Shown one piece after another: positions 25,481 through 38,400 of a stretch of DNA of 64,000 bases (positions within the stretch are counted from its first letter, which is position 1; the number at the start of each line of letters is the position of its first letter). The stretch lies in assembly GCF_020745735.1 (NCBI RefSeq), contig NC_083437.1:32798001-32862000 (forward strand), given 5' to 3'. The translations under genes were made by a program, and so were the position numbers. Origin of the DNA: Hemiscyllium ocellatum. Lineage: Eukaryota. Under the pieces are notes generated by a model. That model worked only from the letters and a program-made list of their open reading frames with translations. It was not told the origin of the DNA and did no database searches.

Positions 25481-26184
25481 TCAGTTTTGTTGGATTCTGT
25501 GGGAGTGTCACTGTTTGTGGACTGTTCCCATTAGAGCGTCAATATTTTCACAGCGTCCTCAGGAGTGAGTCGATGTTTGACAACGTCCCCAGAAATGACT
25601 CACTATTTGCATTGGCACCAAGGGATGTGCTAACACTTACATGAGGTCCCTATGTACATCAACATTTGCTGGGAATCCCTCAGGATTATTTGTAGGGAAC
25701 TCCATACACACTATTTTATAATCTTAATATTCTCCCAAAATTGAAACTGTTTATTTAATGCACAAATATATCATGTCTGACACTGATAATTATATGGTTC
25801 TTCCCTTTGATTGAATTATGTTTTACATACAGTGGATAGAATCTGATAGGATCATGGGCTACAGTGAGAAATTTGCGGGAGTTGTATGAGCAGTTTAGCT
25901 TGCTTTTGTCGACATTGAGACCAATTTGTTGCATTTTTTAGACGGAGGTCCAGGCGTCATGACAAGGTTCTCGTGAGGGAGCTGTGTGGTGTTTATCAAA
26001 GAGGGTTATTGCTTGTCATTTGTCTTATTAACTGCAAATCTCACCTCAATAATATGCAACTTCCTATCCCACTGCCTACCACGAGAAAGCTAGACGTCAA
26101 CAATTCCCCAACTTTTCAGCTTGCTACTTGGCCTCTGGTCCACCATCTTAGACATTGGGTAACAACAGCAACAGTATGTGATGG

Positions 26185-29100
26185 ATGGCAGTTATAGAAA
26201 GGGGGGAAAAGTCTCAGACACAGTCACATAGATGGGTTAATTCCAGGAAGGGTAAGAGAGGTAGGCAGCTAGAGCAGGAGTCTTTTGTGGTTATACCCAT
26301 TTCAAACAGGTATGCTGTTTTGCGAAATGTAGGGGGTGATGGATTCTCCGGGGAACGTAGCACAAACAGCTAAGTTTCTGGTATTGAGACTGGCTGTAAT
26401 GCAACGAGGGGTACGTCGGCTTCCGAGAGATCAATTGTGTTAGGGGATTCTGTAGTCCGAGGTACAGACAGGCGTTTCTGTGGCCAGCAGAGTAAAAGCA
26501 GAATGGTGTGTTGTTTCCCTGGTGCCAGGATCAAGGATATCTCAGAGAGGGTGCAGAACGTTCTCAGGGGGGAGAGGGGCCAGCAGGAGGTCATTGTCCA
26601 TATTGGAACCAATGACATTGGAAGGGAAAAGGTTGAAACTCTGAAGGGAGATTACAGAGAGTTAGATAGAAATTAAAAAAGGAGATCCTCAAGGGTAGTA
26701 ATATCTGTATTACTCCCAGTGCTACGAGCTAGTGAGGGCAGGAATAGGAGGATAGAGCAGATGAATGCATGGCTCAGGAGCTGGTGTATGGGAGAAGAAT
26801 TCACATTTTTGGATCACTGGAATCTCATTTGGGGTATAAATGACCTGTACAAGAAGGACGGATTGCATCTAAATTGGAAGGGGACTAATATACTAGCAGG
26901 GATGGGACTCAGGGAGATAGTGAGGAAAGAGATCGATCTGAGACAGGTACAGCTAAGAACAAAAGTGATTCAAACAGTCAGGGCAGGCAGGGACAAGGTA
27001 GGACTAATAAATTAAACTGCATTTATTTCAATGCAAGGGGCCTAACAGGGCAGGCAGATGAACTCAGGGCATGGTTAGGAACATGGGACTGGGGTATCAT
27101 AGCAATTACAGAAACATGTCTCAGGGATGGGCAGGACTGGCAGCTGAGTGTTCCAGGATACAAATGCTACAGGAAGGATAGAAAGGGAGGCAAAAGAGGA
27201 GGGGGAGTAGCATTTTTGATAAAGATAGCATTACAGCTGTTCTGAGGGACGATATTCCCGGAAATACATCCAGGGAAGTTATTTGGGTGGAACTGAGAAA
27301 TAAGAAAGGGATGATCACCTTATTGGGATTGTATTATAGAACCCCCAATAGTCAGAGGGAAATTGAGAAACAAACTTGTAACGAGATCTCAGCTATCTGT
27401 AAGAATAATAGGGTAGTTATGGTAGGGGATTTTAACTTTCCAAACATCGACTGGGACTACCATAGTGTTAAAGGTTTAGATGGAGAGGAATTTGTTAAGT
27501 GTGTACAAGACAATTTTCTGATTCAGTATGTGGATGTACCTATTAGAGAAGGTGCAAAACTTGACCTACTCTTGGGAAGTAAGGCAGGGTGACTGAGGTG
27601 TCAGTGGGGGAGCACTTTGGGGCCAGCGACCATAATTCTATTCGTTTTAAAATAATGATGGAAAAGGATAGACCAGATCTAAAAGTTGAAGTTCTAAATT
27701 GGAGAAGGGCCAATTTTGACGGTATTAGGCAAGAACTTTCAAAAGCTGAATGGAGGCAGATGGTCGCAGGTAAAGGGATGGATGGAAAATGGGAAGCCTT
27801 CAGAAATGAGATAACAAGAATCCAGAGAAATTATATTCCTGTCAGAGTGAAAGGGAAGGCAGGTAGGTATAGGGAATGCTGGATGACTAAAGAAATTGAG
27901 GGTTTGGTTAAGAAAAAGAAGGAAGCATATGTCAGGTACAGACAGGATAGATTGAGTGAATCCTTAGAAGAGTATAAAGAAAGTAGGAGTATACTTAAGA
28001 GGGAAATCAGGAGGGCAAAACGGGGACATGAGATAGCTTTGGCAAATAGAATTAAGGAGAATCCAAAGGGTTTTTACAAATATATTAGGGACAAAAGGGT
28101 AACTATGGAGAGAATAGGGCCCCTCAAAGATCAGCAAGACGGCCTTTGTGTGGAGCCACAGAAAATGGGGGAGATACTAAATGAATATTTTGCATCAGTA
28201 TTTACTGTGGAAAAGGATAGGGAAGATATAGACTGAAGGGAAATATCTTGGTGACATCTTGCAAAATGTCCAGATTACAGAGGAGGAAGTGCTGGATGTC
28301 TTGAAACGGTTAAAGGTGGATAAATCCCCAGGACATGATCAGGTGTACCCGAGAACTCTGTGGGAAGTTAGAGAAGTGATTGCTGGGCCTCATGCTGAGA
28401 TATTTGTATCATCGATAGTCACAGGTGAGGTGCCGGAAGACTGGCAGTTGGCAAATGTGGTGCCACTATTTAAGAAAGGCGGTAAAGACAAGCCAGGGAA
28501 CTACAGACCAATGAGCCTGACCTCAGTGGTGGGCAAGTTGTTGGAGGGAATCCTGAGGGACAGGATGTACATGTATTTGGAAAGGCAAGGACTGATTCAG
28601 GATAGTCAACATGACTTTGTGCGTGGGAAATCATGTCTCACAAACTTGATTGAGTTTTTTGATGAAGTAACAAAGAAGATTGATGAGGGCAGAGAAGTAG
28701 ATGTGATCTATATGGACTTCAGTAAGGCGTTCGACAAGGTTCCCCATGGGAGACTGATTAGCAAGGTTAGATCTCATGGAATACAGGGAGAACTAGCCAT
28801 TTGGATACAGAACTGGCTGAAAGGTAGAAGACAGAGGGTGGTGGTGGAGGGTTGTTTTTCAGACTGGAGGCCTGTGACCAGTGGAGTGCCACAAGGATCG
28901 GTGCTGGGCCCTCTACTTTTTGTCATTTACATAAATGATTTGGATGCGAGCATAAGAGGGACAGTTAGTAAGTTTGCAGATGTCACCAAAATTGGAGATG
29001 TAGTGGACAGCGAAGAGGGTTACCTCAGATTACAACAGGATCTGGACCAGATGGGCCAATGTGCTGAGAAGTGGCAGATGGAGTTTAATTCAGATAAATG

Positions 29101-29900
29101 CGAGGTGCTTCATTTTGGGAAAGCAAATCTTAGCAGGACTTATATACTTAATGGTAAGGTCCTAGGGAGTATTGCTAAACAAAGGGACCTTGGAGTGCAG
29201 GTTCATAGCTCCTTGAAAGTGGAGTCACAGGTAGATAGGATAGTGAAAAAGGCGTCAGGTATGCTTTCCTTTATTGGTCAGAGTATTGAATACAGAAGTT
29301 GGGAGGTCATGTTGCGGCTGTACAGGACATTGGTTAGGCCATTGTTGGAATATTGCATGCAATTCCGGTCTCCTTCCTATCGGAAGGATGTTGTGAAACT
29401 TGAAAGTGTTCAGAAAAGATTTACAAGGATGTTGCCAGGATGTTGTAGGATCTGAGCTACATGGAGAGGCTGAACGGGCTGGGGCTGTTTTCCCTGGAGT
29501 GCCGGAAGCTGAGGGGTGACCTTATAGAGGTTTACAAAATTATGAGGGGCATGAATAGGATAAATAGACCAAATCTTTTCCCTGGGGTCGGGGAGTTCAG
29601 AACTAGAGAGCATAGGTTTAGGGTGAGAGGGAAAGATATAAAAGATACCTAAGGGGCAACTTTTTCATGCAGAGGGTGGTACGTGTATGGAATGAGCTGC
29701 CAGAGGATGTGGTGGAGGCTGGTACAATTGCAACATTTAAGAGGTATTTGGATGGGTATATGAATAGGAAGGGTTTGGAGGGATATGGGCCGGCCACTGG
29801 CAGGTGGGACTAGATTGGGTTGGAATATCTGGTTGGCATGGATGGGTTGGACTGAAGGGTCTGTTTCCATGCTGTACATCTCTATGACTCTATGACTCTA
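26185..29900 (+). mobile_element. CR1-clade LINE (HER1-like), 5'-truncated within ORF1, ORFs disrupted
   Basis: ORF1 SGNH esterase motifs: GDSVVRG, VHIGTND, DGLHLN. ORF2 APE endonuclease (YFNARGL, VGDFNFP, LDLLL, SDHN) and RT (PGNYRP, QHDFVRGKSCLTNL, YMDFSKAFDKV, GVPQGSVLGP, FADVTKI). 3' tail (CTATGACT)n at 29881-29900. Contains frameshifts and stops. Confidence 0.95.
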
Positions 29901-30247
29901 TAACTGAGGGCACCTGCTGCACTCAGACTCAGCCCACAGTCACTGTGATCATCCAACCCTGCCAGTCTCTCAGGGCCCTCGTTGCACCCTTACAATCTTC
30001 TGACAGTACGTTCTGCACTTAAGTGCTTCACCTCAGGGCATTCCAGCACCTCTTATTACAATGCTGCTGCCAGGACACTTTGCTCATAGAGACAGGGCAC
30101 CCAGCTCTCAGACTAGACCAAGCTGCCTCTCAGCGATGCTTCTTTTCTCATTCATGGAACACGGATGGTACTGGTCGGACCAGCATTTATTGCTCCTCCC
30201 TCTACGCCCTTTGAGAAACTTGTGGTGAGCTGACTTCTTGAACAGCA

Positions 30248-30445
30248 TTAAAAATCACACCACACCAGGTTATAGTCTAATAGACTTATGTGGAAGCACT
30301 ACCTTTTGGAGCGCTGCTCCTTCATCAGGTCACTACCTGACAAAGGAGCAGTGCTTCCAAATAAACCCATTGGACTATAACCTGGTGTTGTGTGATTTGT
30401 AACTTTGTTCACCCCAGTCCAACACTGGCACCTCTAAATCATGGC
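30248..30445. mobile_element. Fold-back element (family B), decayed; a longer single-arm relic lies at 33665-33910
   Basis: ccaaataaacc..ttggactataacctggtgttgtgtgattt arm and its inverse. Confidence 0.75.
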
Positions 30446-30929
30446 TCGTTGAACTGCAGCAGCCCATGTGCTGTAGGTTGACCCACAATGCCCTCAGGGA
30501 GAGCATTCCAGGTTCTTGACCTGAAGGATTGATGATAGTTTTCCACGTGATTGCTTGACTTAGCCTATGTGACAGCTGTCCTGATTTTGATACGAGTCCC
30601 CAGGTGTTACTGAGGAAGACTGTGACGGGTTGACAGGGCTGTTTGCTATCCTCATTGCTGGTGCCTCAGGTTTGCTTCTTCTCGAAGCACTCAGTCACCA
30701 TGGGCCTACCTGGATGCTTACAGTCTTGTCTTTCCTTATCTTTTTGTGCTTTGTCACTGATCCCAGGCAGAACCACCAGGCTCACAATACTTTGGTCTTC
30801 TCTTCCTGTTTAGCACAAAGTCAGGAAGTGTGTTATGGTTGTTAGCAGCACTATGTCACATCAGGCCCTCAGTAACAGGGTCCTGACATAATACGCTAAT
30901 GGTAACCTCCAATATCAGTCCAGGGGCTT

Positions 30930-31598
30930 GGATACTGTCAGTCAGCCACTTGGGGCAGTTAGGGTCAGCACCCTCTTCTTGGAAGGAGTGAGGGATAAAC
31001 ACAGCAGATCAGGCAGCATCCAAAGAGCAGGAGAATCGATGTTTCAGGCCACAGCCCTTCATCCTGATTTTCCTTCATTCTTAATGAAGGTCCCAGGCCC
31101 AAAATGTCAATTTTCCTGCTCCTCAGATGCTGCCTGATCTGCTGTGTTTTTCCAGCAACACACTTTCAATTCTGATCTCCAGCATCTGCAGACCTCACGG
31201 TCTCCCATAAACATTGGGCTGCCTACCATCCATCTTGGCTGCTTACATGCCACAGTTGGCTGTTTTCTCCTGTTTTAAGAGAAAGGGATGGATTATATGC
31301 AATGAAAGTGAGTGGAGCAGTCCTGCTAAAGGAGTAAACAGTTTGAGTTGGCCTGAGTCAGTGAATAGTGGTACAGAGAGCATGATTGTTTGGTGGTGTT
31401 GGAGGCTGATGTGGCTAATAGTGAGCGAGGACTGATGTTGCACACAGCAGTGAGAAAGATAGAGCATGGGCCTTGATGGCAGGTGGGTACACTAGTAGCG
31501 AAAGAGTGAGTTTGAGGTAGCAGACAGAAGATGGCAGCACTTACCCTGGCAGAGCAGAGAAAGTCATTGACCTTCCTCCTACACTTCTGGGCAGTCAA
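30930..31598 (-). mobile_element. PIF/Harbinger transposon Myb/SANT-like accessory-protein relic with an intron
   Basis: TAQKCRRKVNDFLCSAR followed by gtaagt donor; acceptor aaaacag then EKTANCGM*AAKMDGRQPNV..PLTPSKKRVL. Resembles the Harbinger Myb-protein pattern QCRKK.NDL..AR/EK.AHN.RE...TGGG.P....LTP.EE. Confidence 0.6.
31000..31206. mobile_element. Fold-back element (family A), decayed; single-arm copies at 2255-2386(+) and 56764-56898(-)
   Basis: Same arm sequence as 14182-14363. The 56764 copy has a 13-bp TSD ttatttgcaagag (56751-56763 / 56899-56911). Confidence 0.78.
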
Positions 31599-31604
31599 GT
31601 TTCT

Positions 31605-32140
31605 AGGTTTTAAAGTACATGAGATTGAGAGTCAAGCAGAATGGATTGAGTTTCACTTTGCATCAGATATCTCATTTGGAAAATGTCAGCCGCATTTCTA
31701 TTAGTCAAAATATAGGCTCGCAAAAAATATGCAATGAGTTCCAAAGCTGAAGTGGAGGAATTGCGATGTCTAATTGGTCAGCTGAATTGGCTGTGCACCC
31801 AAACAGGGCCAGATGCCAGTTTTAATGTACTACAATGGAGTGCAACTATGAAAAATCCCAAGATGGAAGATATTACTCAGGCAAACAAAACATTGAATAA
31901 CTTAAAAACAGAGCATTGTGTTTTGAACTTTCCATCACAGAAGGATGCCAGGAACACGCAACTTGCTGTTTTTAGGGATGTTTCTTTGGCAAATCTCTAG
32001 ACGGGTTCTCAAGTGCAGGAGGTTTATAAATTTTCTTGTGGGAAAGGTTTGGTAAATGTTGCCCTTTAGCTGGGAAGCTAAAATAATTAGAAAGGTTGTC
32101 TAAAGTGTGGCAGAAACTCTTCCTCTTGGTGAGATGGGAG
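31605..32140 (+). mobile_element. Ty1/Copia RT-RNaseH relic (GalEa/CoDi-like)
   Basis: KYMRLRVKQ..TLHQ, LRCLIGQLNWLCTQTGPDASF, QANK, AVFRDVSLANL-DGFSSAGG, and WEAKIIRKVV*SVAETL. These match the Copia RT C-terminus and the RNase H W.SKK...V..ST..AE motif. Confidence 0.8.
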
Positions 32141-32540
32141 TTAGGGTGTTTTCCTGAGCAAAAATATTGGAAGAAATTCAAGAAGAGATTTACTACTGAA
32201 TGGTAGATCAATGGTAAGATAATGAACGCTCAATGAAATGTGCAAGTTATGTGTTTTTTTACCTAATAATTACGTTACAATAATCATCACATGATGCAGT
32301 TGAATTAGCAAAATCTCCAAGGATGTGACTTTAAAGTGAAAAATAAGCCAGGTACCAGGATGTGTTGAGCATTGGTGGAGGCAGGTTCAATTGAAGCATT
32401 TTTGAGGGTGTTTGATACTTTGGGTAGCAATAGTATACAGGCATATGGGAAGAAGGCAGGATATTGGCACTGGGGTAATAGAATTGGGAGAGGCACAACA
32501 GGTTGAATGGCTCCTTTGATAGTATTACAATTCTGTGATT

Positions 32541-32872
32541 AAGACCATAAGATAAAGGAGCAGAATTAGGCCGTTCTGCCTGTCACATCCACCATTCGAT
32601 CATGGCCAATATGTTTCTCAACCCCATTTTCCTACTTTCTCCCTGGACAGCTTAATCCCAGTACTAATCAAGGACCTCTCTACCTCAGTCTTGAATACAC
32701 TCAATGACTTGGCTTCCACAGCCCTCTGTGGCAATGAGTTCTACAGATTCACTACCCTGTGGGGCTAAAGAAATTCCTCCTCATCTCAGTTCTAAAGGTT
32801 CGTCCCTTCACTTTGAGGCTGCCACCTCAGGCCCTAGTCTCTCTTACGAGTGAAAATACCTTCTCCATGTCT
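32541..32872 (-). mobile_element. CR1 LINE 3' end; similar decayed 3' ends at 22090-22300(+), 32330-32540(+), 37665-37830(-), 41965-42730(+), 49380-49670(-)
   Basis: aagaccataag tail and similarity to the 20783-21100 copy. Confidence 0.75.
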
Positions 32873-33355
32873 GTGAGCAGATTATCCAACTCATATAAAT
32901 ACCTCTTGATCTCATATTGATACTCTTGGTTGTGAAATTGAAGATATTCTCAAGATTGATCTGTTCCACTTTGGCCAGAACCAGTATACACAGAGTTATT
33001 AAAACTCTGATTGTTATCATTTCTGAGCTGAAATTGGCTGTCCGTATCCTCCATTGCAACTGAGACTTACTTCAAAAAACTATTATACCAATTGCAAAAG
33101 ACTTTGAAGAGTCCTGAAGTTGTGAAAAAGAATTTCTTTCTTGGTAAACAGTGTTCACATTGGAAAATGAACTCAACAACAACATTGAGAATTGATATAG
33201 AAACTTGGCGAGTATAGTGACCATCTCATGGAGTAAATAAAATGGAAACAAATGTTGGCCAGTGATTTGCGAGCTAAAGGCTTGTTACATGTTTCAAAGC
33301 CTTCCAAGTGGGAGATCTCCTGAAAACGTGCATATGCTTTCTCTGTACTTAGTGT

Positions 33356-33470
33356 AAATACTGGCACTCACTGGAAATTCTTTGCAAATACCATTATACA
33401 CTGGGAGTTCCCTATAAATATGAGCACTAATTGGGAATTCTCTGAAAATACTGGTGCACACTGGGAATTT
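33356..33470 (+). repeat. 30-bp degenerate minisatellite, about 4 copies
   Basis: aaatactggcac.cactgg(g/a)aattc recurs every 30 nt. Confidence 0.8.
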
Positions 33471-33989
33471 GTCATACACTTGGGTTTCTTATCACCAAAA
33501 TTGCAGCCTCAGCTATCAAGAGTGAAATGGCGTTGTCACAGCTGAAAATATGCAGCAACAGAATGAAAATGTTCATAAGTTAGCAACTGCCAAAATCTGA
33601 TGACTCAGTGCATGTTCTGAAATTCCTGTGGCATATTAGTTGCAAGCGCCAGCAAGTTATCTCAGGACCATAACTTGAAAGAAGTTCTGGGATTTACATA
33701 TTAATCAATCGAAACCTGAATCCCCATTCTCAGTGATCAAAGAGTTAACAGCAATCTAGGTTTGTTCAATACATCTCAGCAGTTGTGTGACACTTTGATC
33801 TTTTACAAATTCTGTGTCCTATGATCCTGCCCCACTACCTACCTGACATAGGAGCAACTTATACTTCCAAATAAACCTGTTGGACTATAACCTGGTGTTG
33901 TGTGATTTTTTTAAAAGTATCTTCACCTCAGATGTTATTGTTAACCAACAATTTAATGGTTATTATTCAATCAATTATGTTTGTCAAAA

Positions 33990-34370
33990 ACAACTTGCAT
34001 TTATATAGCCTCTTTGGCATATTAAAATAGCCCAGGGCACTCCATAGGTTTGCAATCTGATAATATGTTGACATCAGACCAGGAGATATTAGACTGGTGA
34101 TCAAAGGTTCTGCTGCAGAGATGGATTTTAGGAGCATCTTGAGAGTGGTGGAGTATTCGGAAGGGAAGTTCAGAGCTTATGGTATCGATACTTGAAGGCA
34201 CAACTTTCATAATGAGGGGGAGGAAGTTGGAGATGCACAAGAAATCAAAACTGAAGGAACGCAGAGTTCTCAGAAGACATGGAACTGGAGAAGGTTATAG
34301 GGATAGAAAGGGGAGTGGCTATGAAGGCGGGATTTAATCAGAAATGAGAAATTTATATTTAAGGAGTTGG
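33990..34370 (-). mobile_element. L2-like LINE 3' relic; similar relic at 2875-3660
   Basis: aacttgcatttatatagc tail followed by purine-rich decayed ORF2 antisense sequence, shared between the two copies. Confidence 0.5.
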
Positions 34371-35286
34371 TAATCTTTCATAAATCAGTAACATTTCAAT
34401 TTTAAAACAGTTTCTGAATTCAAGATGTAAAATACACAAAGTCACTTGGGACAAAAGCTAGGCCAGGAAGCCTAGTGGCTTATTTTTTTGGCAAGATTGT
34501 TTTAGTTCTTACCCAATTTAAGCTGATGGTGGTAATTCAAGTCAAAAGTATTTTTTTGTTTGGCACAAGTCTGTTTCCTATCATAGAAGTGGATATGATG
34601 TTATGGTTTCAGGCTGTCTAGATGCCCAGAGTAAAGGGGAAGGCTGTGATCCTCACTTTATAGTGCTGGGTTATCAATCATTTCGAACTGTCAGCTACCT
34701 CGCACACAGACCCATTCATAGCTACCAGCTGGCTAACCTTGGAGAACTCCTCAGTTCTGAGAAGCACCCAGGTCTTCTGCAACTTTCCAGCAGATGTTGC
34801 ATTCCTTGTTGTCACTGGATTACATTGACTCCTTGTCGTCTGGCCAAGGGATGTAATGGCACAATCAATGTTCACTTGCAAGTCGGTCTGACGTTCATCT
34901 TTATTATTATACGGGGGAAACAACTATTGCTGTTGTGTTCAGCAACTGTCTTCATCGGCTGGCGGATTGCAGCTAAAACAATATTTCAGCAGGGACCAAC
35001 CCATTGACGTCAAATTAACCAATTGAAGGCTGAGGTTACTGTACAAATCCTTAACACACTCGTAACTGCCCCTCCACTCTCTGCCGTTTTAAACAGCTGT
35101 TAATCATTAAAAACGTAAGCAGCTTCTAATTGATGAGAATGAATAGAATTTAGTCAGAAATATTGTAAGATTTTGTGTATGTAGTGTCAACATCCAAGTG
35201 TGATGTAGCAGTAGTATCTCTGCCTCTGAGCTAGGAGAGCTGGGTTCAAATCCCACGTGCTCCAGAGGTATGTACTAACATGTCTA

Positions 35287-35496
35287 AATAAAAACTGGAA
35301 GAACTGCGGATGCTTTAAACTAGAAACAAAAACGGAAGTTGCTGGAAAATTTCAGCAAGTCTGGCGGCATCTGTGAAGAGAAATCAGAATTAACATTTCA
35401 AGTCCAGTGATCAGACTCAAAACGCTAACTGATTTCTCTTCACAGATGCTGCCAGACTTGCTGAGCTTTTCCAGCAATGTCCGTTTTTGTTTCTAA
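35287..35496. mobile_element. Fold-back element (family D), 11-bp TSD; related copies at 46942-47062 and 47310-47431
   Basis: Inverted arms cagatgctgccagacttgctgagcttttccagcaa. TSD taacatgtcta (35276-35286 / 35497-35507). The 47310 copy has TSD agttccaactg (47299-47309 / 47432-47442). Confidence 0.78.
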
Positions 35497-38400
35497 TAAC
35501 ATGTCTAGACAGGCTGATTAAAAGTATCGATCGTGCCAAAGAGGGTTTCCAGGATTTTGATGACAAAGGAAAGTAGGACCTGCTCATTCTCAGCAATTTC
35601 ACTCCCCCAAATACATTTCAGCATTGCCTTTATCAAATTGGCAATCAGCCATCTGTCCCATCAAGCTACAGGAGGGGTGACTAAAACAGATCCTCTGCCA
35701 GGCAGTCAGCTGGACAGGAGGACTCTTGTTGTTCTGCTAAACATGCCTGCCCATGTTTGCAGACCTGATTAAAAGATGCAGTCAATTAACTTCAAGGCCT
35801 TTGCCTGAGTAGTCTCCACTCTGGGATGCTAAACTGTGCAACTTTTAGTTGCTTCACTGGGTTCCCTTGTTGCTGAGAGTTTTGGCTGCACCTTCCAGCG
35901 TGAAATCAAGTTTCCTCTCCCCTAATTCCTACATAAATAATAAAAATCCCAATGATGAAGATTTAATGGTTTTGAATCCTTAGGGATGCTTCCGTATGAA
36001 TTTTCATTTTCCTAAATGGTGATTTTATTTAAAAATAGCATATAGAGCTTATTTGCAAATTGCCAATACAAGATCCAATAAATAATGAAAAGTTTAGAAG
36101 TCATAAAAATGTTCTGCATGTTCATGGAAAAGCTGTCATATATATGAGAATTTATATCTATATATGCCTTTTTTAACAGTAGGAGCTCTATCAACAATGA
36201 TTTGTCTTTCAACAATAAATGAATATCACAGAGCACTTTATATTTTCCTAATAGACTGATTTAGAGATGTTATTGAGGATCTGAAACCTGAATACAGTCT
36301 GAGGTGACTAGTTATAGTCAGGTTTCAGATCCTCATTATTATACACTTTTGACACAGGTAGGACTTGAATGCTCCTGGTTTAGAGATAGGGACACTTCCA
36401 CAACGCCGCAAGAGTCTGTACAGAATGCTTTTCAAGATATTAAGCAAAATGATGCCTAATGGAAAATAAAATACAATAAAGGCAACAAGTAGGTCTTAAA
36501 GAAGATGGAATGGCAGTGCTGTGAATTCCAGAATGTTCTAGGCTGTTGAAAGTGGTGGGGCAAAGGGAGGAGAGCCGTAGAGAGACGGGATTTAAGGAAT
36601 ATGCAGATGAACCTATGAAATACACTGCGATGTAACTGTGACCTCAGTCATCATACAACAGAGACTCTGTTGGAACAAGGACAGTTCTGATCATGGAGCT
36701 CAGTTCCCACATCATCATTTGCATATTGTAATACAAATATTGTTTAAAGAAGCCTTGAGACGTGGCTGGAGTGGCCTGGAAGAACAGAAGAATCCATATT
36801 GAAAAAGATAACTGCTGCGGTGGAAACACCAAATTCCTGGACATGGTGTGTTTCTGAGAGGAATCAGAAGAACTGCGAGGCAGGTTGAAGATCCATGAGG
36901 CAATGTTGAGGAATTACAAGACAAAATTCCTGAGAAGACCTCCCAACTGCAGTCAGTCGAAAGAAAGTGAGGTATAGTCCAAAATGACAACATGCATGTG
37001 CCGTCCATGTGCCTTACCCTTCCCACAGTCCTTTGATTCCATCAGATGTCCAACGCAGGCACATAGATGGGGACATGGAAGATACAGAACAGCATCAGCT
37101 CTCAATTAAAGCAGGAATGGCTCCAGAACAGTACTTTCTTACATGCTCCATTGTCAATGATGTCCTTATTTGGCAAGGTGCTGGTGAAACCTTAGCAGAC
37201 GTTTGAGCAATCCTGGCCTATTTTAGCCTGAGAAGGTCCTCATTATTGAGTGTTCCTGCATCAACTCCCAGTCCCAGAAGGTTAGGGGAGCTACTTTATT
37301 AATGATTTTGATAGATTGACTAGTTTCAAGTTATTATGGCACCTGGAGGATGAGATTATTTAAGTCCTCGAAGACAAAGCCTCTGTTTATTGCAGTCTAA
37401 AGAATTGGCATACAAGTCAGGCTAAGCACAGAGCAAAAACTGAGATGTGAGTTGATGTAACTCTAAGGCTCAGTTCAAGCCTATTAGTTGGCTAGATTAA
37501 AGATATCCACTCCTCACTTTGAGAAGCCTGCTATAAGGGAGAAGGTAGGAAGTACTGTCTTAAAATGCTGGTACTGTGATGCATGAAGCCAATCAAACAA
37601 CGAGGTTATCCAGCAGGCAAGCTCAATGCTTTCACTGTGGCTGACTTGGTAGTTTCCAGCAAATCTAGAAATATAGGAACAGCAGTAGGCCATTCAGCCC
37701 CTCGAGCCTATTTTGCCATTCAGTGAGATCATGGCTGATTTTTATGGTCTAACTCCATATACTTGCCTTTGGGCCATATCTCTTAATACCTTTGCTTTAC
37801 AAAAACTTTACCAATCTCATATTTAAAATGAACAAATAATCCAACTACTTAATGAGTCCCTCCTCTTTTCATCCTAATGCTGAAAAGACTGCTCAAGGTG
37901 CTCAGAATGTCTTGATACTGTGAATGAAGTTGGACAGTGATACCTATCAGCTTTTATTCACCATTCAGCAATGTTTCATTGTCTAAAGATCTTTCCTGCT
38001 TGAGGTAGCATGAGAGAGTGTTACAAGCTGACACTAATCAGAGAGCAGCCAAAAGGAAGTGATACTTTTCAATGAAACCCATCAGCCTTCATACTGATGC
38101 AGCAGTCTGGAGGCAACCATTATACCTTAACATCTGGGATGACATTATTAAGCCTGCTCTTCTCATTTGAGCTTTGAGGTAGGTTTTCAGGCTCTCTGAT
38201 ACTATATCAAATGGACAGATCAGGGAGATTTGTGAAGCAATCGAGTCTATGAACAATGGACTCTGGGGGTAGGTGCTGGTGTTGGAAATACTTCAGTTCA
38301 AGAATTTCAGTCAATAATGTTCAGGCAATCCTTGCAGTCAATAAAGTTGGAAAATGAGAATGTACCTTTTGAGAAGGGGATATCAAGATAGAGTTCAATA

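Noticed and set aside
28259-29455. 398-aa RT ORF as an active or domesticated gene
   Set aside because: The catalytic FADD is mutated to FADV, it is flanked by frameshifts and stops, and it is part of an ordinary CR1 copy. The ORF1 esterase domain is a known CR1 feature.
34603-35007. 134-aa ORF and other 60-130 aa ORFs in unique DNA
   Set aside because: No recognisable domains or splice structure; lengths are as expected by chance.
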